NCBI GenBank assembly: GCA_964474885.1
Contig: CAYYWO010000003.1
Coordinates: 32,001 to 96,000 of the forward strand
Length of the DNA stretch: 64,000 nt
Source: Candidatus Hadarchaeota archaeon
GTDB lineage: Archaea > Hadarchaeota > Hadarchaeia > Hadarchaeales > JAWBSP01
Direction of reading: 5' to 3'
Part shown: positions 18,356-27,730 of the stretch, piece after piece
Layout: each line of letters opens with the position of its first letter
How positions within the stretch are numbered: the first letter of the stretch is position 1
Notes under the pieces: generated by a model
What the model saw: the letters and a program-made list of their open reading frames with translations, nothing else
What the model was told of the DNA's origin: nothing
The model's database searches: none
Program-made: the position numbers and the translations under genes

Positions 18356-19440
18356 TCAGTCCTTGGACCACGGAGATCCCCGAGAGCTACGAGAGGCTCA
18401 TGAGGGGCTTCGGGATAAGGAGCTTCTCCGAGCTCTTGGACAGAATACCGGAACCGAATCACCTCATGCGGAGGGGTATCATCTTCGGCCACAGGGACTT
18501 TGAGCGGGTGCTTGATGCAATGCTGAATGACAGAGACTACGCCGTCATGACGGGCCTCATGCCCAGCGGCCCCATGCATCTCGGGCACAAGATGGTGATC
18601 GATGAGCTGATATGGTTCCAGAGGCGGGGGGCTGAGATCTTCCTGTGCGTGGCCGATGTGGAGGCGCACGTCATGCGGGGTCTGAGCTACGAGCAGATAA
18701 GGAAACTAGCGGTGGACCAGTACCTCTCCAATTATCTGGCACTGGGACTTGATTTGGACAAATGCCATGTGTACTTCCAATCCGAGAGCGAGGATGTCAA
18801 GAATCTAGCCCTGACTCTGGGCACGAGGGTGAACTTCAGCGAGCTGAGGGCGATCTACGGCTTCGGTGCCGACAGCAAGGCTTCCCACATCTTCTACCCG
18901 CTCATCGATGCGGCGGACATACTCCACCCCCAGCTCCCGAAGTTCGGGGGCCCTAGGCCGGTAGTAGTTCCCGTCGGGATAGACCAGGACCCGCACCTGC
19001 GGCTTGCAAGGGACTTGGCTTCCAGACTAGGTTATGTTCCCCCCTCCTCCACCTATCACAAGCTGATGAGAGGATTGCTGGGGGAGAAGATGTCGAGCTC
19101 GAACCCAGAAACTGCAATCCTCCTGCAGGACAGCCCAGAGAGTGTGGAGAGGAAGATCTGGAAAGCCTTCACGGGGGGTCAGCCGACGGCGAGGGAGCAG
19201 AGGGAGAAGGGGGGAGATCCCTCGAAGTGCGTGGTTTTTGAGCTCATGGCATATCACCTACTCGAGGATGACAGGGAGCTGGCTAGGCTTGCGGAGGCCT
19301 GCAGGTCGGGGCAGATCGTATGCGGGGAGTGCAAGCGCAGGGTGATTCATCTAACGAACCGCTTGCTTGAAGAGCTGACGCTAAAGAGAAAAAGGTATTT
19401 GGAGAGGGCACGCGAATACCTGAAAAGTGTTAGGCCTTGA
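18352..19440 (+). CDS. trpS: Tryptophan--tRNA ligase
   Basis: PSGPMHLGH, PVGIDQDPH, KMSSS, AFTGG. Confidence 0.96.
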   Translation: MISPWTTEIPESYERLMRGFGIRSFSELLDRIPEPNHLMRRGIIFGHRDFERVLDAMLNDRDYAVMTGLMPSGPMHLGHKMVIDELIWFQRRGAEIFLCVADVEAHVMRGLSYEQIRKLAVDQYLSNYLALGLDLDKCHVYFQSESEDVKNLALTLGTRVNFSELRAIYGFGADSKASHIFYPLIDAADILHPQLPKFGGPRPVVVPVGIDQDPHLRLARDLASRLGYVPPSSTYHKLMRGLLGEKMSSSNPETAILLQDSPESVERKIWKAFTGGQPTAREQREKGGDPSKCVVFELMAYHLLEDDRELARLAEACRSGQIVCGECKRRVIHLTNRLLEELTLKRKRYLERAREYLKSVRP

Positions 19441-19475
19441 CAAAAAGTTAATAACTAGGGTTTAAGGGGAAGAAT

Positions 19476-22133
19476 ATGAAAAGACTCTACTTCTTCGAAG
19501 AAGGAGACGGCAGGAATAAGGATCTGCTGGGAGGCAAGGGAGCGGGATTGTGCACGATGACTCAACTCGGCCTGCCCGTGCCGGCGGGTTTCGTTATAAC
19601 GACCGAGACATGCAGGGAGTATTACAAGCTCGGCAAGCTGCCTGAGGGTCTTATGGAAGAAGTGAAGGAAGCGATGGCGAAGTTGGAGCAAAAGACGGGT
19701 AAGAAGTTCGGGGACCCATCCAACCCATTATTGGTCTCTGTCAGGTCCGGAGCTAAGTTCTCCATGCCGGGCATGATGGACACAGTGCTGAACTTGGGCA
19801 TGAATGACCAAGTAGTGCAGGGCCTTGCGAGACTGACGAATAACGAGAGATTCGCCTGGGATGCTTACCGCAGGTTCCTACAGATGTTTGGGAAGATAGT
19901 GCTGGGGGTAAAGGGAGAGAAGTTCGACCAGATCTTTGAGGAAAAAAAGAGGGAGAAGGGTGCGAAGTCGGATCTGGACTTGACGGCTTCCGACCTGAGG
20001 GAGATCGCGGAGGAGTTCAAGCAGCTGATCAAGCAGGAAACGGGGCAGGACTTCCCACAGGATCCAATGAAGCAGCTGCAACTAGCAATAGAAGCGGTTT
20101 TCAAGTCCTGGAACAACCCGAGGGCGATCGAGTACAGGAATTTCTATAAGATCCCGCATGATCTGGGGACCGCTGTAAACGTCGTGACCATGGTCTTCGG
20201 AAACATGGGAGAAGACTCGGGTACAGGAGTAGTCTTCACGAGGGATCCCGCGACGGGGGAGAAGAAACTCTATGGGGAATTCCTGTTCAACGCCCAAGGA
20301 GAGGATGTGGTGGCAGGCATCCGCACCCCCCTGAAGATAGAGGAGCTGAAGGAGAAGTGGCCGGAAATCTACAGGCAGCTGCAGGATGTGGCGGAGAAGC
20401 TCGAGAGGCACTACAGGGACATGCAGGACATGGAGTTCACCGTTGAGAGAGGAAAACTCTACATGCTCCAGACGAGAGCAGGGAAGCGGACAGCCCTGGC
20501 GGCCGTCAGGATAGCCGTGAGCATGGCGAAGGAGGGACTCATCTCGAAGGAGGAGGCAATCCTGAGGATAGAACCCAATCATGTTGAACAGCTTCTTCAT
20601 CCGCAGGTCGATCCCAAGGCCAAGGTCAAGGTGATAGCTAAAGGGTTGAACGCGAGCCCAGGCGGAGCGGTGGGGAGGGTTGTGTTCAGCTCGGAGAAGG
20701 CGAAAGAGTGGGCTGAGAAGGGGGAGAAGGTCATACTAGTCAGGCCCGAGACGAGCCCGGATGATGTGGGAGGGATAATCGCATCGGCGGGGGTGCTCAC
20801 CTCGAGGGGAGGCATGACCTCGCATGCCGCCGTCGTGACGAGGGGTTTAGGGAAGCCCGCTGTGGTGGGGTGCGAGGAGATAGAGATAGACCTGGAGAAG
20901 GGTGAGTTCAGGGCTCCTGGTGGCGTGGTCATCAGGGAAGGGGATGTCATAACGATAAACGGGACCTCGGGAGAGGTGATTTTGGGAGAGGCCCCCCTCA
21001 TCCAACCCCAGCTGAGGGGGGAACTGGCAGAGCTCTTGCAGTGGTGCGATGAGGTGAGGAGGCTCCAGACTTGGGCAAACGCAGACTACCCAAGGGATGC
21101 CAAGAGGGCGAGGGAGTTCGGGGCCCAAGGGATAGGCCTGTGCAGAACCGAGCATATGTTCTTCGAGGAGGATAGATTGCCCATCTTCAGGCGTGTGATA
21201 ATGGCAAAAACCAAGGAGGAGAGACTGGGGTATTTGGAGCAACTTGGGAAGATCCAGAAGAAAGACTTCAAGGAGATCCTTGAGGTCATGGATGGACTGC
21301 CCGTCATAATCAGGCTATTGGATCCACCCTTGCACGAGTTCCTGCCCAGGTACGAGAAACTACTGGAAGAAGTAATCACGGGGAGGGTAAAGGGCGAGCT
21401 CCAGAGGGAGAAAGAGGAGCTCCTGAAGAGGGTGGAGGCCATGAGGGAGGCTAACCCCATGATGGGTCTTAGGGGATGTAGGCTGGGTCTGCTCTTTCCT
21501 GAGATAAACGAGATGCAGGTGAGGGCAATCATGGAGGCGGCATGCGAGCTGAAGAAGGAGGGTCGTGACCCCAAGCCGGAGATCATGATCCCGCTCACCT
21601 GCCATGTGAACGAGCTGAGGAAGATAAAGGAGAGGCTGGAGAGGGTCGCTCGGGAGGTCATGGAAGAGTACGGAGTTCAGATCAGCTACAAGTTCGGGAC
21701 GATGATAGAGGTACCCAGAGCCGCCCTCACGGCAGATAAAATCGCTGAGGTCGCGGAGTTCTTCTCCTTTGGTACGAACGACCTGACCCAGATGACCTTT
21801 GCCTTCTCGAGGGATGACGCTGAGCGCTCCTTCCTCTTCCCATACTTGGAGCAGGGGATACTCCCGTTCAATCCTTTCCAGACGCTGGACAAGGAAGGGG
21901 TGGGTAAGCTCATGAGGATGGGGGTGGAGCTGGGGAGGCGGACCCGACCTGATCTAGAGATAGGCATCTGTGGGGAGCACGGAGGAGATCCAGCCTCGAT
22001 CGAATTCTGTCATGAAATAGGCCTGAATTATGTCTCATGTTCCCCCTTCCGGATCCCCGTGGCTAGACTGGCAGCAGCCCGTGCTGCACTGAAATCGAAA
22101 TCCTCAAAAATTTCCGAAAATCAAACTCTTTAG
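19476..22133 (+). CDS. ppdK: Pyruvate, phosphate dikinase
   Basis: LLGGKGA, SMPGMMDT, GGMTSHAAVV, GLCRTEHM, SFGTNDLTQ, GICGEHGG. Confidence 0.98.
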   Translation: MKRLYFFEEGDGRNKDLLGGKGAGLCTMTQLGLPVPAGFVITTETCREYYKLGKLPEGLMEEVKEAMAKLEQKTGKKFGDPSNPLLVSVRSGAKFSMPGMMDTVLNLGMNDQVVQGLARLTNNERFAWDAYRRFLQMFGKIVLGVKGEKFDQIFEEKKREKGAKSDLDLTASDLREIAEEFKQLIKQETGQDFPQDPMKQLQLAIEAVFKSWNNPRAIEYRNFYKIPHDLGTAVNVVTMVFGNMGEDSGTGVVFTRDPATGEKKLYGEFLFNAQGEDVVAGIRTPLKIEELKEKWPEIYRQLQDVAEKLERHYRDMQDMEFTVERGKLYMLQTRAGKRTALAAVRIAVSMAKEGLISKEEAILRIEPNHVEQLLHPQVDPKAKVKVIAKGLNASPGGAVGRVVFSSEKAKEWAEKGEKVILVRPETSPDDVGGIIASAGVLTSRGGMTSHAAVVTRGLGKPAVVGCEEIEIDLEKGEFRAPGGVVIREGDVITINGTSGEVILGEAPLIQPQLRGELAELLQWCDEVRRLQTWANADYPRDAKRAREFGAQGIGLCRTEHMFFEEDRLPIFRRVIMAKTKEERLGYLEQLGKIQKKDFKEILEVMDGLPVIIRLLDPPLHEFLPRYEKLLEEVITGRVKGELQREKEELLKRVEAMREANPMMGLRGCRLGLLFPEINEMQVRAIMEAACELKKEGRDPKPEIMIPLTCHVNELRKIKERLERVAREVMEEYGVQISYKFGTMIEVPRAALTADKIAEVAEFFSFGTNDLTQMTFAFSRDDAERSFLFPYLEQGILPFNPFQTLDKEGVGKLMRMGVELGRRTRPDLEIGICGEHGGDPASIEFCHEIGLNYVSCSPFRIPVARLAAARAALKSKSSKISENQTL

Positions 22134-22216
22134 CCAAAAAAGGTATTATCTTCAAGAAAATTCGAAAAAATACCCAAAAAAGCCTTCCTTTTAAGGAACA
22201 AAAAGGCAACTAGACG

Positions 22217-25111
22217 ATGCCGAAGAAGAAAGTCAACCAGCAGAAGAAGCAGATGAAAATGAAGCTTTCTCAGCTGGCAGAGGAGATCAAGAAAACCCCT
22301 GGAAAATCCCAAGCACGCTCCATTAAAATTGGGACGCTCAAGATTAAGATGGGTGGGTCAACCATGAAATGGGTTCTTGTAGGTGCTGTTGCTGCGGTAG
22401 CCTTGTTAACGATTTGGAAGTTGGGTGCCTTGGGGGCAGGTGGGCCAGCTCAAGAAAATGTCTCTGAGATCTTAAGTGTTCAGCCGGTTAATCTGCCAGA
22501 GGAGATGATTCCAGGACAGGAATATCAAGTTCCACTTAGGATAACGAACAGAAGCAAACAAAAGTTTGCGGGTCATGTGAGGGTTCACGCTGAGGGACTG
22601 GATTACGACTACCTCATCTATATTAAGCTCGCACCTGGTGAGTCCCAGACGATAGAAATCCCCTTCAGGCCCGTGAAATCAGGGACCAACTTCATCGAAA
22701 TAGCTGGGAGGAAGGTCGCACTTTCAGTAGCTGAGCCTAGTCCGGGTCACCTAAAAGTGGAAGATCTTAGGGTTGCGCCAGAGTCTGTCATTTTGGATCC
22801 GGACAAAGGAGGCGTGGAGGTGATCCATGTTTTAGCAAAGGTTATGAATGACGGGCAACAGCTACTTCAAAAAGATGTCACATTATATGCTGGCTTGGAG
22901 GGATATGAGGAGCCCTGTGGTAGCCAGTTTGTCAAACTAGCTCCCGGTGAGAGTCAGGTGGTTTCCTTCACTTATACCATCACTGCCGATCAGGTCGGTG
23001 AACTGGAGGAGGGGGAGGAGAGGAATGTGAACATAGTGGTTGAAGGGAAAAGCGCAACGGTCAAGGTGAGTGGTTATGCCAAATTTGAGGTCAAGAAAAT
23101 ACTCTGGAACTGGTATCCCACAAGCGTAGGGCACCAGCTGGTTGCCAAACCTGAGGAGAACATATACCCCATGGCTGGGGATAAGGTGGAGATAATCTTC
23201 AGGGTTAAGAATGTCGGGACAGCCGGGGGGACGGCAAATCTCAGGCTCTGTATAAATGCCACTGACATCGACACGAAAACCTTGCATCTCAAGCGCGGAG
23301 AGGAGGTAAAGGAGAACTTCATCTGGTACCCGCCAGCTGGCGGCTCCTATGAGATTGAGATAACAGGTGATGAGAAAGTGGTAGGAAAGGTTGCTGGGGA
23401 GAAACTGGAGGTGAAAACTCCGCCAACCTTCAGTTTGGGAGAAGTGACGATCCAAGTCAAGCATGCCCAACTTGAGAGAGCTCTTTCGGATTGGAGACTT
23501 GAGACGAGGGAGTTTTTGCAGGATGAGCCCTTCATGGTCGGAGTCTTCGTGAAAAATGACGGAGATGTATCTGGAAAGTGCAAGCTAAAGTGCTCTTGGG
23601 AAATCGGAGAGAACGAAATAACCGAGGTCATCCCGCCGGGAGGTGACATGGTTTGGATGTATGGAAGGGCGAAGTCCACAGACGGTCCCCAGCAGATTCT
23701 CATCCAGCTCATGTACGAGAATCGCCAGATCATCTCGGAACATGTGGATAACATTATGGTTCAAGGATGGATAAGACAGCCCAAGGAAGGGGACAAATGG
23801 ATTTATAAAGTGCCGACTGGGGAGAGGGAGGATGCCTATCAGGGTATTGGGCAGATGAGGGATTTGATTAACTACCTCAAAAATGGCGGTTTTGCAGGTG
23901 GTACACCTCCGGACAACATACCGGACTGGGAGTGCTCGATTGCTGACGCTTCCCGCAACCTCAAGGCTCCTCCGAATGACTACGACGGAGACGGTGGATC
24001 AATATACGTGTATGCTGAGCCACCGCTGGCAGGAACGAGCGATACCTGTGACATGACCTGGACCCAGAGTTTGGATATCCCAGCGGGAAGGAAAATAGTG
24101 CTTGCAGGTGCCTACAGATTTTACTCGGCTGTCAATGATGATGAAGTTGATAATGCGCTTATCGAAGTTAAAGTAAACGATGGTGGGACCGAGAAAACGC
24201 TGTTCTCAGCTTTGATCAACGAAAGTACAAGTGTAACCCTAGACACGTGGTACGGGATATATGCGGACTATGTGGTCCAGTCAGGCTTAAAGAGTATAAG
24301 CATTCACCTTGAAGTAATGGACAAGGAGGGACTAGGTGGCGGAGAGGAGATAGGTATCCAGGCCGACGGCTTCTTCCTGAAGACGGCTGACCCCTACCCG
24401 ATCGAAAACTATGCCCCTGCATGGGCCAGTACGCCTGGCTCCGATGAGCAAATGTATTCATACCTTTCCCTCTCAGCTGATGAGGTTCAGCAACTCGGCT
24501 GGGTTCTTTACAGGAATGGATTCAAGGAGCTCCTACGCCTGAAAAACCCGATCGAACTATACTCACGCACACTAGGTGAAACGATCACCTACCCAACCGC
24601 AGTGACTCTCTGTTACGTAAAGGGGATATCCTCAACTACGGGTCGTAGGCAAATGTTGATAGCCGAAGATGTCCCCATCACGTACCACATATACTCTGTA
24701 AGCACAGTCGAGGATCCTTACTTTGGAGAGTGCTTGGTCTACAACTATGAGTTCTACGCAGAAGGGGTCAAGGCCCTGGTCATGGGTGACGTCTCTGGTG
24801 GAGGCTCGGTTATAACAGGTTCTCCTCCTCCCTCCTATGGTGAAGCAGTTGGAGAAGTTAGCTTCCACATCAACGGGCAGATATGGTATTCGAGGAGGTT
24901 CGGCCTGATCAAGGACGAGCGGAACTCGGAACAGTGGCATGCCACAGCAAGTTGGAGCGTGCCAGCACCAATGACTGTAAACGTCTACGGGATCGAAATG
25001 GAGATTGATATGGGCGGTGCTGTATACATAAACTGGGACGATTCGGTCGGTAAGTCCGTTGTCCAGCTCGAGCAGGATCTGGAAGCGGTAAAGACCTTCC
25101 TGGACCTGTAA
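22217..25111 (+). CDS. Large membrane-anchored surface protein with CARDB/Ig-like repeats
   Basis: TM segment WVLVGAVAAVALL; repeated VKNxG and LAPGESQ motifs. Confidence 0.7.
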   Translation: MPKKKVNQQKKQMKMKLSQLAEEIKKTPGKSQARSIKIGTLKIKMGGSTMKWVLVGAVAAVALLTIWKLGALGAGGPAQENVSEILSVQPVNLPEEMIPGQEYQVPLRITNRSKQKFAGHVRVHAEGLDYDYLIYIKLAPGESQTIEIPFRPVKSGTNFIEIAGRKVALSVAEPSPGHLKVEDLRVAPESVILDPDKGGVEVIHVLAKVMNDGQQLLQKDVTLYAGLEGYEEPCGSQFVKLAPGESQVVSFTYTITADQVGELEEGEERNVNIVVEGKSATVKVSGYAKFEVKKILWNWYPTSVGHQLVAKPEENIYPMAGDKVEIIFRVKNVGTAGGTANLRLCINATDIDTKTLHLKRGEEVKENFIWYPPAGGSYEIEITGDEKVVGKVAGEKLEVKTPPTFSLGEVTIQVKHAQLERALSDWRLETREFLQDEPFMVGVFVKNDGDVSGKCKLKCSWEIGENEITEVIPPGGDMVWMYGRAKSTDGPQQILIQLMYENRQIISEHVDNIMVQGWIRQPKEGDKWIYKVPTGEREDAYQGIGQMRDLINYLKNGGFAGGTPPDNIPDWECSIADASRNLKAPPNDYDGDGGSIYVYAEPPLAGTSDTCDMTWTQSLDIPAGRKIVLAGAYRFYSAVNDDEVDNALIEVKVNDGGTEKTLFSALINESTSVTLDTWYGIYADYVVQSGLKSISIHLEVMDKEGLGGGEEIGIQADGFFLKTADPYPIENYAPAWASTPGSDEQMYSYLSLSADEVQQLGWVLYRNGFKELLRLKNPIELYSRTLGETITYPTAVTLCYVKGISSTTGRRQMLIAEDVPITYHIYSVSTVEDPYFGECLVYNYEFYAEGVKALVMGDVSGGGSVITGSPPPSYGEAVGEVSFHINGQIWYSRRFGLIKDERNSEQWHATASWSVPAPMTVNVYGIEMEIDMGGAVYINWDDSVGKSVVQLEQDLEAVKTFLDL

Positions 25112-25139
25112 CTCTTTAATCTTGGATTCTAAATCTTAA

Positions 25140-25778
25140 GTGAAGCGCATCCTCCTGCTGGCAACAGTGGTCTTCGCCGCTTTAATGTACGTCCAAGTGA
25201 GTCTCACCTTTCCGGCGGCAAGCTGGAAGCTCGCTTCAGTGGAGTTGTCGCCTGCCTTCCCATTTGAGAACGAAGAGGTGGTGATGAAAGTAGAAGTCAC
25301 TAAATTGGGTCCGGCCGGTACATGCACGGTGGTATACTTCGTGGACAACAAAAGATGCGAGGAAAACTTCAAGATAAGGGGAACACCGAGGTACGTTTAC
25401 CTGATCCAGAAGCTTCCAGCAGGGGTGCACTACTTGCACCTCGAGAACGAGAACAAGCAGTGGAGAGTTAAAGTGACCAGCGCTGGGGCAGTCGGGACCG
25501 TACCCATTGAAATAGAGTCCTTCAAAGTCGAACCAGTCGATGTCAAGCTCTGGGAAACTTTCTTTGTTAAGGTAAGAGTCAGAAACAAATCGACTGACAC
25601 GGGTTGGGCAACTGTCCGCCTGTGGGTGGACAATGAGCCCATCGAGCGCAGGGTTTTGATTGGCGGGGGCAGACTGAAGGACATTTGCTTCCGACTACAG
25701 GCTGATAAGCCCATACTGAAGATTCGAGTTGAGAACTGTCCCCAGCCCGAGGAAAACCTAAGACCCTCACTGTGGTGA
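25140..25778 (+). CDS. Secreted CARDB/Ig-like protein
   Basis: Signal peptide; V.VRN..LWVD beta-sandwich pattern. Confidence 0.55.
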   Translation: MKRILLLATVVFAALMYVQVSLTFPAASWKLASVELSPAFPFENEEVVMKVEVTKLGPAGTCTVVYFVDNKRCEENFKIRGTPRYVYLIQKLPAGVHYLHLENENKQWRVKVTSAGAVGTVPIEIESFKVEPVDVKLWETFFVKVRVRNKSTDTGWATVRLWVDNEPIERRVLIGGGRLKDICFRLQADKPILKIRVENCPQPEENLRPSLW

Positions 25779-27683
25779 TTACAGCTGGGAGAGGTTGGTG
25801 AGACTGTAATCTAGTAGCTCCATGTTGGTTTCGCTTATGATGGTGAACTGCTGCCCCATGTAAGTCACCTTTGACGTAGTTCGCTCCTCTGACTTGAGGA
25901 GTATGCCCACGCGGTTCAGTCGCCTTGTTATCACGGTATCCGATACCACGTCACAAACTTCTCCTCTAAATGTGGCCTGCCCTTCTAGGTGGATTGTTAC
26001 TACGACGACAAAGGCCTCAACGGGCTGGCCCTTCACCACGACGGTCTCGGTTCCCACCACTTCGTACTGGCAAGTGCACTGCCCGCTTAGGGTGATGTCT
26101 ATCGGGTAGTAGTTGTGTACCGTCATGGTTGAGGTGGAAGAGGAAGTGGCACCAACTTCCAGGGGGAAGGAAGCGATCTGGAGCGGGGGATCGTACTCTA
26201 CCTCGGTGGTTTTGGAGCCTTGGTAGTAGTTGATCAGGGCGAAAAGATAAGCAGCGGTGTCTGTGTCGGGTGAGTAGAAGATTTGATAGCTCTCCTCTCC
26301 ACCTTCTATTTCAGACACAACTTTCCTGCACTTCTTTCCTCCTATTTCCACCATGCCCTTGTAACTAACCGTGACGGTTGCCGTCCCAGACTCCGGGAAG
26401 TTGTACTCCTGTCCTAGCTCTGGGATTCGGTTGGTGGATGAGAAACGGTATTTCAGCCAGTCAACATCCTCCAGCATGAGATCTTTGTATCCCAGCACAC
26501 GGACGCTTTTCTGCTTCCCCCCGATCTCGATGTACATGATGCCCTTTTGGGTGGCTTGAACAGTAGCGTCCACAATTTTCTCTTGGCCCGGAGCTACTTC
26601 AGCCGTTACGGTCTGGGTGCCTCCTGGGGATGCGATCAAGTCCTCGGAGAAGGTCTGAGTAGAGGTACCGTTGTTCCGGATGGTTATTCTGACGGGTACG
26701 GAACTCCCAACGATAACAACTTCTGGGACCGAAATGTCCTTCACGAAAACCTCCGGTTTTTCCGAGACCTGCAGAATGCGACTGTAGTCACCAGCTTTAA
26801 TGGTGTGGGAGCCTGTTGTTAGCTCGCCGAGGTTGAATACGAAGATCTTCTCCTCCCCGGGTGCTATACTCTCGGCCCTCGGATAAGTAATTCTCTCACC
26901 GTCTACGAGGATTTCGGGCTTGTACTGACCGGTATCGTTACCGACGTTTTTCACGACCACCGTGGCCTGAGCTTCACCTACATAGGCGAAGGAGGGCACC
27001 ATGAGATCCTCGATGCTGAACTCCGGTCTCGACTCCTCTACAGTTATCTTGACTGGGGACCCAACGTAGTTTTCGATCGTCACATCGAACTTGCCCGCTT
27101 CTGTTGGTGTGAACCTGAATGATATCATCCTCGTGGCTTTCGGGCCGATCGTCACGGGGTATCTCTGATGGATGTCTTGGGCTCCGATGTGTAGAACACC
27201 CGAGTATGAACCCTCCATCTCCCCTTCATTGACCACCTCTATGCACGCCACTACTTCCTTTCCCACAATCGCCCTAGAGGGGATATCGATCTTGGTCACC
27301 TTGAATGATGGGGGTGTGGGTTCGTGTACGCTGAAGCTGATAGGCGCAACCTCAGGAGCTACAACCTCGAAGGATCCGGCTTGCATTGGGATGTATTCAA
27401 AATCCACAAGCAAGACTTGTCCAGCATTCTCAACTTCTACTGACTTTGTCAGTTCCTCTCCCCCTATACTGATACTCACGTCAATCCAACCTGTTTTAAG
27501 GGCTTTGACTTTGGCGGTCACGTAAACCTTAGATCCCACAGGTGTGTCCTCCGGGTACACTTTTAGCTCCATGACCTCATAACTTGCTTTCTCAGTTACA
27601 GGTTGCTCGGGTTTCAGGAAAAGGAAGTACGCTGCCACGCCCAGGATCAGGACGACAACAATTGCAGGCACTGCCTTATTCAT
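25779..27683 (-). CDS. Membrane-anchored CARDB-repeat protein with beta-rich C-terminal domain
   Basis: ATG 27683 MNKAVPAIVVVLILG; VVNEG, VKNVG, IRNNG and APGEEK repeats. Confidence 0.7.
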   Translation of the reverse strand: MNKAVPAIVVVLILGVAAYFLFLKPEQPVTEKASYEVMELKVYPEDTPVGSKVYVTAKVKALKTGWIDVSISIGGEELTKSVEVENAGQVLLVDFEYIPMQAGSFEVVAPEVAPISFSVHEPTPPSFKVTKIDIPSRAIVGKEVVACIEVVNEGEMEGSYSGVLHIGAQDIHQRYPVTIGPKATRMISFRFTPTEAGKFDVTIENYVGSPVKITVEESRPEFSIEDLMVPSFAYVGEAQATVVVKNVGNDTGQYKPEILVDGERITYPRAESIAPGEEKIFVFNLGELTTGSHTIKAGDYSRILQVSEKPEVFVKDISVPEVVIVGSSVPVRITIRNNGTSTQTFSEDLIASPGGTQTVTAEVAPGQEKIVDATVQATQKGIMYIEIGGKQKSVRVLGYKDLMLEDVDWLKYRFSSTNRIPELGQEYNFPESGTATVTVSYKGMVEIGGKKCRKVVSEIEGGEESYQIFYSPDTDTAAYLFALINYYQGSKTTEVEYDPPLQIASFPLEVGATSSSTSTMTVHNYYPIDITLSGQCTCQYEVVGTETVVVKGQPVEAFVVVVTIHLEGQATFRGEVCDVVSDTVITRRLNRVGILLKSEERTTSKVTYMGQQFTIISETNMELLDYSLTNLSQL

Positions 27684-27730
27684 TTGTCTTTTCCCCCAAA
27701 TACCTTTTAAGCTTTTTAAGGGAAAACAGA

